This document shows, piece by piece, positions 11,039 through 21,058 of a stretch of 64,000 bases of DNA. Position 1 is the first letter of the stretch. Each line of letters opens with the position of its first letter. This DNA comes from Patescibacteria group bacterium (GTDB lineage: Bacteria; Patescibacteriota; Dojkabacteria; GCA-002793355): positions 920,040 to 984,039 of the forward strand of contig BOKM01000001.1 of NCBI GenBank assembly GCA_016860985.1, in the 5' to 3' direction. The notes under the pieces are model-generated. The model saw nothing but the letters and a program-made list of their open reading frames with translations, was not told the DNA's origin and made no database searches. The translations under genes were made by a program, and so were the position numbers.

Positions 11039-11072
11039 ATACAACACCACGTTATTCATAGTATAATTCTCT

Positions 11073-12047
11073 ATGAATATTGTTGGAATTGAAACAACGT
11101 GCGACGAGACCTCGTTTGCACTCGTGCAAGATGGAGAAAAGATACTTCACGAAGTTACAATGTCTCAAATTCTGAAGCATGCACCCTATGGAGGTGTTGT
11201 TCCAGAACTTGGAGCAAGGGAGCATGTAAAAAACATTGAACAATTAGGTGAAAAATTTTTCCAGGACATAAAAAATTATCCAATTGACGGCGTCGCAGTC
11301 GCATCCAAAGTTGGACTTCCTCCCGCTGTTCAAGTTGGAGAGGCGTATGCGCAGGGGTTAGCGAAAGCACTCAATGTTCCGCTTTATCCAATCAATCATG
11401 TAGTCGCCCATGTTTGGGGCGTTTGGATAGATAGCGCGTTTGTCGAAAAACCAACCTTTCCGTTTCTTGGTGTTATCGTTTCTGGTGGTCATACTCAATT
11501 GATTACTTTTTCCTCCCCTACCGAATTTGACATTATTGGGGAAACAAAAGACGACGCCATAGGCGAGGCATTTGATAAAGTGGCAAGCATTCTAGGGCTC
11601 CCCTATCCAGGTGGCCCGGAAATTGAAAGAGTATCAGAAAAAGGTGATAGCCATGCGGTAGCGTTGCCGATTCCACTGGAACATGAGGATACACTTGATT
11701 TCAGTTTTGCAGGTTTAAAAACTGCGGTTAGAACCTATGTTGAAAAAGAGCTTCCTAATCAGCACGAAACTTACAAGGAGTATTTTATTGCAGATGTCGC
11801 TGCCTCTTTTCAACGTGTCGCCTTTACTCATATCGCACAAAAACTCGAGAAGGCAATCGCAAAAACAGGTGCAAAGCAGGTAGTCATTGGAGGCGGTGTT
11901 GCTGCAAGCCAACGGCTGACAGATATTCTTTACTCATACATGCATGAAAAAGAAATTAAGGTAGAATTATTCGTACCACATCGACAATATTGTACCGACA
12001 ACGCGAGCGTTATCGCTGGTTATGCATTTAACCTCGCAGCCGCATAA
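11073..12047 (+). CDS. tsaD: tRNA t6A37 threonylcarbamoyltransferase
   Basis: GIETTCDET, GGVVPE, HVVAH, SGGHT, DDAIGEAFDK, CTDNA. Confidence 0.96.
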   Translation: MNIVGIETTCDETSFALVQDGEKILHEVTMSQILKHAPYGGVVPELGAREHVKNIEQLGEKFFQDIKNYPIDGVAVASKVGLPPAVQVGEAYAQGLAKALNVPLYPINHVVAHVWGVWIDSAFVEKPTFPFLGVIVSGGHTQLITFSSPTEFDIIGETKDDAIGEAFDKVASILGLPYPGGPEIERVSEKGDSHAVALPIPLEHEDTLDFSFAGLKTAVRTYVEKELPNQHETYKEYFIADVAASFQRVAFTHIAQKLEKAIAKTGAKQVVIGGGVAASQRLTDILYSYMHEKEIKVELFVPHRQYCTDNASVIAGYAFNLAAA

Positions 12048-12049
12048 GC

Positions 12050-13240
12050 ATGAGGAATGCCAAAATCTTGGTTTTGCTTAATAGTGTGTATTATGCATGG
12101 TTTTGGTTAGGGGTTTGGGTACTGTACTACTCCCGTTTTGGTGGTTTTGCTGCAGTAGGAATTCTCGAAACGGTTATGATTGTTTCAACAATTATTTTTG
12201 AGATTCCAACAGGTGCCATTGGTGATTTACTCGGAAAAAAGAAAACACTTATAGTCGCGTATATTTTAAGTGGGATTTCAAATATTTGGATGGGATTTGC
12301 GCCAAATTTATTACACATGTGCTTGTCGCTCGTATTAATGAATTTTGGTGGTGCTCTTCGGTCAGGTACATTTGAGGCATTGTTATATGAATCGTTAAAA
12401 GCAGAAGGTAAAGAAACCCGCTATACAAAAATACTCTCTTCGATGACTGCAAGTCGACTGATAACTTTATCTATCGCGGGGATAATTGGTGGTTATTTGT
12501 ATCAGTTTTCGCCGCAGTTGCCGTTTATTCTTACAGGAGTAGTCATCACGCTTGGTGGACTTTTATCGATATTCCTGCAAGATGTTGCGGAGGAACAAGA
12601 ATCATTTTCACTTACTACTTATTTGAAGCAGAACGTCAAAGGTACAAAGGAACTGTTTAAGACTAAAGAAATTGCAGTTCGCACAGGTGCTCTACTATTG
12701 ATAATGGTTGTAGTGCTAATAATGTATGAAGGTTTGAATGATATATTGTCTGTTGGTTTTGGCTTTACAGAGGTTCAGCTCGGCATTTTTGCGGCTGTGC
12801 TAGGGTTGGTTGGGGCAGGTTCTTCGATGCTTGCGGGTAGATTCTCTGAAAAAGGATATGGTCGTATGTTGTATTTGTGGGCAATCATAATGTATGGCGT
12901 CAGTTTGGTAATCTCACCATTTGTTGGGTTCCTACTTGGAGGGGCTACCATTTTGCTGCGTAATATTGCAGGGCCAATTATTGAGAATGAAACCTCTGCT
13001 TTTCTAAACGAAAAAGTAGAATCACGGTACAGAGCTACCGCATTATCTGCTTTTTCTATGCTTAAAAGTCTTCCCTACGCAATGAGCATTTATTTAATTA
13101 GTGCTGCAACTGATTTTTTCCCTCCTGCGTGGGTTGCCTTTTCTATCGGGTGTTTTTTTGCGTTTGGCGTGCTCATCAATTGGATCGTTTTTCGACCGAA
13201 GGTGCATGATGCTTCGGAAATGGATGGCGTGAAAGTGTAA
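12050..13240 (+). CDS. MFS transporter
   Basis: About 12 hydrophobic segments, EIPTGAIGDLLGKK motif A, YRAT motif. Confidence 0.88.
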   Translation: MRNAKILVLLNSVYYAWFWLGVWVLYYSRFGGFAAVGILETVMIVSTIIFEIPTGAIGDLLGKKKTLIVAYILSGISNIWMGFAPNLLHMCLSLVLMNFGGALRSGTFEALLYESLKAEGKETRYTKILSSMTASRLITLSIAGIIGGYLYQFSPQLPFILTGVVITLGGLLSIFLQDVAEEQESFSLTTYLKQNVKGTKELFKTKEIAVRTGALLLIMVVVLIMYEGLNDILSVGFGFTEVQLGIFAAVLGLVGAGSSMLAGRFSEKGYGRMLYLWAIIMYGVSLVISPFVGFLLGGATILLRNIAGPIIENETSAFLNEKVESRYRATALSAFSMLKSLPYAMSIYLISAATDFFPPAWVAFSIGCFFAFGVLINWIVFRPKVHDASEMDGVKV

Positions 13241-13868
13241 TATTGAGTTGGTCTTTTAGAATCAATGATAAATATGCGACTCGATCTTCGTTACTAAAAA
13301 GCGAGAAATCTGTACCCTCTTTTGCTTTGTGATCATTGCAATAGTATCCAAGGTAGTCAAAATTACCTTGATAGGTATGTACACCACAAATGTTACACGT
13401 AAAAGGAAAGGAAACTACATCATAAAAGCTCAATACTTTCATAATCAAAAGAAAAATACCGAGCTGTGCCCGCTCGACGTCCTTTGCTTCGTTTAGCTCT
13501 AACAACGATTGATAAAGTGAGAAAAAAAAGCTTCGCTCAGGTAAAAAATATGTATGCTTTAAAACCGCGAGTAGAATCTGAAACAAAACGATAGTCACTA
13601 AATCACTTTTTATAAATGAAAAAGACTCTACAATTTCTGCCTCTGTTAGGTAATAGTGATGTCTTTTGTATAGCTTTGCTTTGATAGTATTTCCGAGGTC
13701 GAGGGCTTTGCCTCTTCTACTTGTTTCTCTATTTCCGCCTTTTACGACAATCGTTTGTTGCCCTTCAAAGGGAGATATTCCGCGAAAGGCGATATCATCG
13801 GTATATTTTTTGGAATCAAGAATTAGGAACAGCCCACTTACGTACTCACGCATATGGAATTTTGGCAA
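13176..13868 (-). CDS. recO: DNA repair protein RecO (divergent)
   Basis: N-terminal OB-like region (VKGG..SRRGKALD), C-terminal CNICG..C..H zinc motif, typical size. Confidence 0.7.
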   Translation of the reverse strand: MPKFHMREYVSGLFLILDSKKYTDDIAFRGISPFEGQQTIVVKGGNRETSRRGKALDLGNTIKAKLYKRHHYYLTEAEIVESFSFIKSDLVTIVLFQILLAVLKHTYFLPERSFFFSLYQSLLELNEAKDVERAQLGIFLLIMKVLSFYDVVSFPFTCNICGVHTYQGNFDYLGYYCNDHKAKEGTDFSLFSNEDRVAYLSLILKDQLNITLSRHPFPKHHAPSVEKRSN

Positions 13869-15039
13869 AATTATGCATGAATTGTTCTTTCGTGAATGGT
13901 TTTGCAGAATGTCTAATTTTTTCTTTAGAATATGTTTGTGCGAAATGTCGCCTCACTGCTACCGCAAGACTTTCGGTCGTATTTGTTGGAAATAATACCC
14001 CATTAATTCCCTCTCTTATTATTTCGGGAGTTGCTCCTGCAGCATAACCAATAACTGGAGTTCCAACTGCAAGTGATTCAATTTTTGTAATACCAAAGTC
14101 TTCGTCGTTTAGTGAAAAAGAGGCGGAAGAGTTAGCGAGGAGTATCATTTTTTCTTCTTCTGGTATATAACCAGTAAAACAGAGAGGACCAAACTTTCGG
14201 CATAAAGTGTTTGTTGAGTCAATTTTAAAGAGTGTTTCTTGCAACCCTTTCTTTTGAGCTCTCTTTATTAGATTCTGAAGGTAGGGACCATCGCCCATGA
14301 TAACCGTTAATTCTGTGAGTTTGCCTTCTGCAGCTGCGTCAACTAATAAGTCGATATTCTTGTAGCTTTCTATTCTTGAAACATGCGTAAAGTAGGTGCC
14401 AAGCTCTTGTACCAGATGTTCGCTGTGAAAATTAATTTTGAGCAATTTTTCCGACACCGCGCCTGGATAAATAACGGTTGATTGTTGGTTGTAAAAAGAT
14501 CTAATCCTAGTGCGGGTTGCCTCTGAAATTGCAACGATTTGGGGGCAATGCATAATGCCATCGAGGTCATACAACTGTGACCGGAATCTCATTATGTCGG
14601 TAATAAGAAATACCGAGGTCATTTGCTTTAGTAAGCTGTGTGCATGCTCTAAGTTCCAAAGAAATCTAGCGGGTGTATTCATATAAACGAGATGTTTGCC
14701 GTTTGCTGGAGGAACAATGGAATGAGCCAAGAAAGCGGTAAAACTTATCACAAAATCGTAAGAGGCAAGATTCCACGAATGCTGTATTGCTGGTAGAAGA
14801 AAGTTACAAATACGAAAGAAAACACTCCGAAGAAATCTAATCCGTGGACCTGTGTGCACATGCTCTGTCCCTATTTCATTTTTTATTTTTAGAAGATATT
14901 GTCGACTAAAAGGTGAATCAACAACAAATCCAAAATAAACATCCACATTTGGCGCGTAGAGTGTGATTAAATCCATAAGGACGCGCTCTGCCCCCCCCTC
15001 TAGGGCAGGTACGTAGTCGTAGACGATTGCAGTGCGCAT
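13846..15039 (-). CDS. Glycosyltransferase family 4
   Basis: GGAERV, SRIESYKN, EDFGITKIESLAVGTPVI. Confidence 0.9.
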   Translation of the reverse strand: MRTAIVYDYVPALEGGAERVLMDLITLYAPNVDVYFGFVVDSPFSRQYLLKIKNEIGTEHVHTGPRIRFLRSVFFRICNFLLPAIQHSWNLASYDFVISFTAFLAHSIVPPANGKHLVYMNTPARFLWNLEHAHSLLKQMTSVFLITDIMRFRSQLYDLDGIMHCPQIVAISEATRTRIRSFYNQQSTVIYPGAVSEKLLKINFHSEHLVQELGTYFTHVSRIESYKNIDLLVDAAAEGKLTELTVIMGDGPYLQNLIKRAQKKGLQETLFKIDSTNTLCRKFGPLCFTGYIPEEEKMILLANSSASFSLNDEDFGITKIESLAVGTPVIGYAAGATPEIIREGINGVLFPTNTTESLAVAVRRHFAQTYSKEKIRHSAKPFTKEQFMHNFAKIPYA

Positions 15040-15642
15040 TTACGTGATATGCACAGGGTTAATGTACAATGGCTCAAGCGAGCTGCTGTGGCTAGCTCGT
15101 TCTATTAACTGTCTGAAAGATACTGGATCTGAAAGGAGCTCAGGCAACCGACGATAGCTTATTGTTGTAGTTATTTCTTCTTCTCCAACAGCAAGTAATG
15201 CTGGGAGATCTGCTATTTGTTCCCATTCTTTATAGCTAATCTGGGACTCTGCCTGTGATGCAGAGAAATAACCTTTACTGGCAGTTAGTTGATTGGTAGG
15301 TACTCTTGGCCATGCTTTAAGAAAAATTGGTCCGTCGTGATTTGTAGCTGCCCTGATGAGGTCAAACGAAGTATATGAGCAAATGTGAGTCGCAGGTAAA
15401 AGTTGTGCATGCATTAAGCCATAAACATACGCAATTCCTGTTCTGATTCCAGAGTAAGAACCTGGACCTCTGTTTACAAAAACTGTTGTTTCAGAGGTAA
15501 TATTTTGTTCGTTTAGACTTGCAAAAAGTTCTGTAAAATCTGCAACCGATGTTGAATCGTAGGTAGTCCCTTGTAGTGATACTACGGACATTGGGCGTAA
15601 TGCCGTTTGAATAATGAGTAGGTGATTATTTTGTGCATTCAT
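15040..15642 (-). CDS. tsaB: tRNA t6A biosynthesis protein TsaB (divergent)
   Basis: VNRGPGSYSGIRTG and C-terminal LEPLYI. Confidence 0.85.
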   Translation of the reverse strand: MNAQNNHLLIIQTALRPMSVVSLQGTTYDSTSVADFTELFASLNEQNITSETTVFVNRGPGSYSGIRTGIAYVYGLMHAQLLPATHICSYTSFDLIRAATNHDGPIFLKAWPRVPTNQLTASKGYFSASQAESQISYKEWEQIADLPALLAVGEEEITTTISYRRLPELLSDPVSFRQLIERASHSSSLEPLYINPVHIT

Positions 15643-16042
15643 AATTTCGTTCTCCGTTCTCTAACTGATGTATGTTTACCGTCATATGTGGAAGTGCGCT
15701 AACAATATCTCCCGCCTTTTCAGGCCATTCAATAAACACGATGGTCGACGAATCAATATAATCCCAAAAACCAATCTGTTCTAATACTTTTTCTGCGTTT
15801 TGAGTTTCAATTCTATAAAAATCACAATGCACTATTCGCTTTTTTCCGTTCCAGTCGCATTTATATTCTTGCAGAAAAGTAAACGTTGGGCTTGGTAAGT
15901 GTGTTGTGATACCTGCAATTGTTTTGGCGAACTGATTTGTTAAGTAAGTTTTGCCCGCACCAAGTGGACCTTGTAGAAAAACCACAGGCTGCTCGGTTGC
16001 AACATATGCGCTTATAAATTCAAGTGCTTGGGTGATATCCAT
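15626..16042 (-). CDS. tsaE: tRNA t6A biosynthesis ATPase TsaE
   Basis: GPLGAGKT, SPTF, HCDFYR, IEWP. Confidence 0.95.
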   Translation of the reverse strand: MDITQALEFISAYVATEQPVVFLQGPLGAGKTYLTNQFAKTIAGITTHLPSPTFTFLQEYKCDWNGKKRIVHCDFYRIETQNAEKVLEQIGFWDYIDSSTIVFIEWPEKAGDIVSALPHMTVNIHQLENGERNYECTK

Positions 16043-16072
16043 TACCTATTATACCAATTATTCCTAAAGCCG

Positions 16073-17527
16073 TTACTTTGCCTCTAAGATCTTTTGAACA
16101 GTTTTTAAGAGAATTATTAACGTTGCGTCAGAAAAATAGCGAAGTGTTTCGGTTGTAAGCCCTGTAAGAAATTCGAGTCCTTTAATTGTATCTGGTTTCA
16201 CGTCAACTATTCGCCCAAGAATTTGCTGAACAACTCGTTCACGTTCTAACATCTTGAGTGCTCCTTGAAATGGTCGGTTGATTTCATTTCTAAGTAATTC
16301 ATTCATCTCTTTTATGACGCGCTCTCCAGTGGAATTAGTTCCTGCGTTTTTTGCTCGTTCTGCAAATAACCATAGCAATTCAGTCGCCTTTTCATTTACG
16401 TAGGCAACTTCATTGGGAAGCTCTCGTATGATTGCGTACGCAATGACCTCTCTTCTACTTGCTGTCCCTCGGAAAGATAAGGAAGAGTCGTTCGCGCACT
16501 GCTTAAATAAGAGGTACTTTTCTGCAATAGATTTAAGATTTTCACCGAAATCACAAAGAAAGTTTTGTGAATCAAATCCGTGTGTTCCTTTCTTTCTCCA
16601 GTACAACAAGGCTGCGAGCTCGTGAAGTACACGTGCTTGTTCTCCAATATTTGCTATATCGTGGAGTGCTTCCTGTGCCGTAGGTACGTCTCCCCAATTT
16701 TTTAGAGTATGTTTTGATACAAACAATTCTCGCTTAACTCGTTCTCGCTCACTTTGGATCAATTCCGTATGTGAAGGGAGTATTCCTGCATTTTTATAGT
16801 AGTAAGCACCAGCTTCTTCTGCTGCCTGCTCAAGTAAATTAATGATACCGGTTACCCCTGGGTCTCGTTCTTGGTGTGCTTGTGCGATACTGCGTTCAAT
16901 TTCATCTTGAATTGTAAAGGGGTTTGATTCACCGACGTATTCACGCCACCCTTCTTCGGAAACAACAATATCAGAAGACTTTTTTGCTGCAGCTATCCCA
17001 ACCATTTGTGCGATTGCATCGACAAGAAGCCTACCTTTTAGTCCTTTCGAATAGCTTACCGTTGAATCAAGAAGTTGAGCTTTAACTTCTTCCTTTACTT
17101 CTTCGGGGGCGATTACTGCTCGGATACTCCCCGCAAAAATTCGTTTGGTCTTGACTGCAGGTAACACGCTGTTAGCCGAAAGCGTTATTGATCTGTGCCA
17201 TGTCTCCGGCGGAGGGAGCTGATTTTCGCTATAATTTTCGGGACTTGGTAAATGGAGGCACAATAGAACTTGGTTACTGTCTCCATCACCTATTGCTTCT
17301 TTTCTTAGGTGTGTGGGGTTTGTTATATCGTTAGTATGAAACGTAAAAAAATCCGCGTCTGTTACTGTTATGCTCCCTTCATGAATAAGTGTGTGAAATT
17401 CCTCAGAAAAGGGCGAAATGAGAGCGTAGTGATAGACCGAACCTGGAGGTCCCCAAAAATCAGTGAGCGCTTTTGCTTCCTGCTTCACCATTGGGAGTGT
17501 TTCTACTTCTCCGCCCATGAATTTCAC
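16073..17527 (-). CDS. Hypothetical protein, mostly helical
   Basis: 484-aa ORF with TGCTATAAT upstream; no motif recognised. Confidence 0.7.
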   Translation of the reverse strand: MKFMGGEVETLPMVKQEAKALTDFWGPPGSVYHYALISPFSEEFHTLIHEGSITVTDADFFTFHTNDITNPTHLRKEAIGDGDSNQVLLCLHLPSPENYSENQLPPPETWHRSITLSANSVLPAVKTKRIFAGSIRAVIAPEEVKEEVKAQLLDSTVSYSKGLKGRLLVDAIAQMVGIAAAKKSSDIVVSEEGWREYVGESNPFTIQDEIERSIAQAHQERDPGVTGIINLLEQAAEEAGAYYYKNAGILPSHTELIQSERERVKRELFVSKHTLKNWGDVPTAQEALHDIANIGEQARVLHELAALLYWRKKGTHGFDSQNFLCDFGENLKSIAEKYLLFKQCANDSSLSFRGTASRREVIAYAIIRELPNEVAYVNEKATELLWLFAERAKNAGTNSTGERVIKEMNELLRNEINRPFQGALKMLERERVVQQILGRIVDVKPDTIKGLEFLTGLTTETLRYFSDATLIILLKTVQKILEAK

Positions 17528-17570
17528 TGGAAAGTTATTATTGTATTATAGCAACTTACCACCGAAATTA

Positions 17571-19094
17571 CTATAAGTCTATCTTGCCGGTAAGCGTGAG
17601 TTTGCTGATAAATCCAATATCGTGAGAAACAATTAATACTCCTCCATCGTATTCGTTGAGTGCGACCACTAATTCATCAACACTTTCTGTGTCAAGGTTA
17701 TTTGTAGGTTCATCAAGTAGAAGTACTGCACGTGGGGAAACAGATGCCATCGTAAGCGCAAGGCGGGCCTTTTCTCCACCACTAAGCGTTCCAGCTTCTC
17801 TGTTTACTTGGTCATCGTGAGTAAATAGGAAGTTCCCAAGTACTTTTCGTAGTTCTTCATACTCAAGTTGTGGTGCAAGCTCCGCAATGTGTGACAAGAG
17901 TGTTTTATTTGAAGAAATAAGCGAATAATGTTGGTCGATGTATAGTGATTGATTCGGGAGTATAGGTTTGTTTTCGCTTTTTAGGTAATAATCCTCCTGT
18001 TTTCGATGAATTGCTTTAAGTAACGAAGATTTGCCACTTCCATTTCTGCCACGAACATGGAACTTGTCTTTATTGGTTAGTCGGAATGTAAGGTGCTGTT
18101 GTAGTAACTTATCTCCTGCGTAAAGGTCTGCATCATGAATATCGATGAGTGAAAATACCTCTGAATCCGCAGTGCCGAGTTCAATATTTAGTGTTTGCGT
18201 TCGTTTTAACTTTTCTTTTATCTCTTTAATCTCTGCTCTACTTTCACGTTCTGCTTGTCGAGCAAGAGCCATGTCATGACTGGTAGATTTGCCAGCTTGA
18301 TCCTGAAAATAACCACGAATGATTGCAGGTACCTTTAGTGCTTGATACTTTTTTTCATCAGCTTCTCTTCGCATTATTCGTTCTGAGACCTTTTGTTTGC
18401 GGTCTTTTGCTGCCTTAATCTCTTTGGTCTGTACTCTGAGTTTGCGCTCTAAAACAAATCTTTCGTGGGCTTTCTGTTCGACAAATAGAGAGTAATTACC
18501 TGTATATTTTGTGAGTTTTTGTTCTCTTATCTCAAAAATTTTTTCAACGACTTGATCAAGCACGTACGAATCGTGTGACACTATAACCAATGCTTTTTTA
18601 TAGGCGTGGAGCTCCTTTAATAATCGCTCAGTACCCACTGAATCTAGATGGTTTGTCGGCTCGTCGAGTAGGAGTAAGTCAGGTTTTACAAGCAGCGCAA
18701 GCGCAAGATGCAACATGGTTAACTCACCTCCGCTTAATTGCTTCATAAGTTTTTCTGCTGTTACTGCCTTATAATCAAAAAGTTTTTCGATTTTGTGGAA
18801 AACATTCCACCCCTCGTCGCTATATTGCATTGCGTAGCTTATTACGGGGAGTTCTCGCTCATCTTTGCCAAGACGTATTTCTTGCGGCACATAAAACGTG
18901 GTCGTTCGAACATCTATTTCTCCTTTTCTTGGTGCACTCTTGGTCGACAATGCCTGAAGAAGCGTTGTCTTTCCTGTACCATTCTTTCCAACAAGCCCGA
19001 TTTTTTCGCCTGGCATTATGCTAAAGGTCGCGTGGCTTAATAGTATCTTATTGTTAACCGTTAGTTGTATATCGTTTGCGTAAACCAAGTACAT
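17571..19094 (-). CDS. ABC-F family ATPase (ribosome-associated, possibly ARE-type)
   Basis: Two NBDs ([16 protein letters not shown]), LSGGE x2, LDEPTN x2, long charged linker, no TM. Confidence 0.9.
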   Translation of the reverse strand: MYLVYANDIQLTVNNKILLSHATFSIMPGEKIGLVGKNGTGKTTLLQALSTKSAPRKGEIDVRTTTFYVPQEIRLGKDERELPVISYAMQYSDEGWNVFHKIEKLFDYKAVTAEKLMKQLSGGELTMLHLALALLVKPDLLLLDEPTNHLDSVGTERLLKELHAYKKALVIVSHDSYVLDQVVEKIFEIREQKLTKYTGNYSLFVEQKAHERFVLERKLRVQTKEIKAAKDRKQKVSERIMRREADEKKYQALKVPAIIRGYFQDQAGKSTSHDMALARQAERESRAEIKEIKEKLKRTQTLNIELGTADSEVFSLIDIHDADLYAGDKLLQQHLTFRLTNKDKFHVRGRNGSGKSSLLKAIHRKQEDYYLKSENKPILPNQSLYIDQHYSLISSNKTLLSHIAELAPQLEYEELRKVLGNFLFTHDDQVNREAGTLSGGEKARLALTMASVSPRAVLLLDEPTNNLDTESVDELVVALNEYDGGVLIVSHDIGFISKLTLTGKIDL

Positions 19095-19132
19095 GCGGAG
19101 GTTGAAGAATTTAGCGAGTAAGTATTAATGTA

Positions 19133-20218
19133 TTATACCTTCTCTTCGAGGTTCTGTCTTGCTGCAACTGCATCTGCAATATCACTAACAAGGTGCGGGC
19201 CTTCTATAATCATTCCGGTTATGAGCATCAATAAATCTGCTCCTGCATCGAGCTTTTCTAGCGCATCCTCAACTGAAAGTATTCCTCCGACACCCAAAAT
19301 GGTGAAATCTTTACCCATATATTCACGAGTACTTTTTATGAGTTCCGTTGATAATTGCCTGCAGGGCTTTCCACTTAGTCCTCCACGATACTCTTTTGGA
19401 GCTTCTTGTCTAACGTCCAGATCGTCATAATTTTTATTCAGATTACCGATGACGACTCCCTGCACCTTATATTTAGCACAAACATCGAGCAGTGCTCTTA
19501 TCTCTTCCCAAGGTGGATTAATTGGAAGTTTTACATAAATTGGCTTACTGTTTCTGATTGCTGCGATCTGCGAAAGGAGTGCATCAAGTCTGTTAGGTTC
19601 TGCAAAGGTTTCGCCGCCAAAAGCATTTGGGCATGATATGTTGATTGTGAAATAGTCACCAATATCAGCTGCAACAAACTTTTGATAAGTACCAACATAA
19701 TCTGTTATTCCTTCTTGGTCAGTTACTGCACAGGCATCATTTGTTCTTGCGATACTTACTCCAATAATAAACTCTTTTTTAATACTTTCTTTTTTCTGCT
19801 GAAGTCGCTTAATAATTGCATCTGCTCCGTCGTTTCGTAGTCCTTTATACACAATAAGACTTTTTGACTTAAGCGCCCTGCCTAATCGAGGTTTTTTATT
19901 TCCTTCACAGGGTCTTAATGTTACAGAACCAATCTCTTCACCGCCGAATCCCAATTCAGGAAGTATGGTCGGAAGTCTTGCATTATAATCAAACCCAGCA
20001 GAAAGAAGAATTGGTGTTTTATAACGAATACCATCGACTGTTTTACTAATATCTTTTCCCCGATATCCATAAATGCCTCGAACTATGCTTCTCGTAATTT
20101 TTGATGTACCTAATATTTCACCAAATGCAGTAAATAAATTGTGATCGATTTCTGGGTCAAAAAGAAACAATATGGGTTTGAGAAAGGTTTTGTATAAGAC
20201 TGCAAATATTCGTTTCAT
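19133..20218 (-). CDS. pyrD: Dihydroorotate dehydrogenase, class 2 (quinone type)
   Basis: DPE..H, SAGFD, NISCPN, VKL, GGLSGKP, GVGGI. Confidence 0.92.
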   Translation of the reverse strand: MKRIFAVLYKTFLKPILFLFDPEIDHNLFTAFGEILGTSKITRSIVRGIYGYRGKDISKTVDGIRYKTPILLSAGFDYNARLPTILPELGFGGEEIGSVTLRPCEGNKKPRLGRALKSKSLIVYKGLRNDGADAIIKRLQQKKESIKKEFIIGVSIARTNDACAVTDQEGITDYVGTYQKFVAADIGDYFTINISCPNAFGGETFAEPNRLDALLSQIAAIRNSKPIYVKLPINPPWEEIRALLDVCAKYKVQGVVIGNLNKNYDDLDVRQEAPKEYRGGLSGKPCRQLSTELIKSTREYMGKDFTILGVGGILSVEDALEKLDAGADLLMLITGMIIEGPHLVSDIADAVAARQNLEEKV

Positions 20219-20224
20219 GAATGA

Positions 20225-21058
20225 TTATACTCCGGATTTTTGAGTGGTATAGACGCTGTAGCCCAATAATCCTTTTTTGGCCATATGATAGAACTCGACT
20301 GCAATTGTTGAGTTCACGAACAGGTGTTGAAGATGTAGGAACTTAATTGCTTTATATGGGATTTTTGCCATATTATAAAGTCTGCGTAAAGAGGGCTCAA
20401 AATTATCAGATATATCTTGTTGTGTTGCAGGTCCAATAAATTTTTCAAGAAGCTTTGTATAGTTGTCCTTTGTAAAGAGGGGAAGACTTGGAGAAGAAGT
20501 TCCTTCAACTACGATGTCGTACATTTCTTTCTCGTAGGGGGAGAAGTTGCTTACAAAATCTTGGGTATATTCCATTGATACAAGTTTTCCTCCGGGTTTT
20601 AGTACCCTATTAAATTCTGAAAGTGCTTTCTCTAGATTTGGCGCATGGCAAAGTGTTTCAACTGTATAAATCTTATCGAAGGAATTATCTTCAAAAGGCA
20701 ATTCCTGGTAGTCGCCACAGACAAAGGTTGTCTTGTTTGTGATGCCGGCTTTTTTCGCCCTGTATTTTGCCCTAGAAACAACGTATGGAGTTATGTCGAT
20801 GCCCGTAATGTGGCAATGGTATCGCGATGCAATGTCTGCTGCAACAAACCCTTGCCCACACCCTGCGTCTAATACTTTATCTTCTGGTTGCAGATTGAGG
20901 TTTTTCGCAATCACATCATGATGCGCTTTTTGAGCTTCCCATTCAGAAATGTTCGATTTTTCAGTTGGATAGTATCCGAAGTGCTGTGACCCATGCATGA
21001 CGAAAAAATAGCCGAGGTTTGCACTGATAGATTGGTAGTATTGTTGAACGGTTCTCAT
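20225..21058 (-). CDS. SAM-dependent methyltransferase (sterol/tocopherol MT-like)
   Basis: QHFGYY, VLDAGCGQG, LPFEDNSFD, RVLKPGG. Confidence 0.85.
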   Translation of the reverse strand: MRTVQQYYQSISANLGYFFVMHGSQHFGYYPTEKSNISEWEAQKAHHDVIAKNLNLQPEDKVLDAGCGQGFVAADIASRYHCHITGIDITPYVVSRAKYRAKKAGITNKTTFVCGDYQELPFEDNSFDKIYTVETLCHAPNLEKALSEFNRVLKPGGKLVSMEYTQDFVSNFSPYEKEMYDIVVEGTSSPSLPLFTKDNYTKLLEKFIGPATQQDISDNFEPSLRRLYNMAKIPYKAIKFLHLQHLFVNSTIAVEFYHMAKKGLLGYSVYTTQKSGV

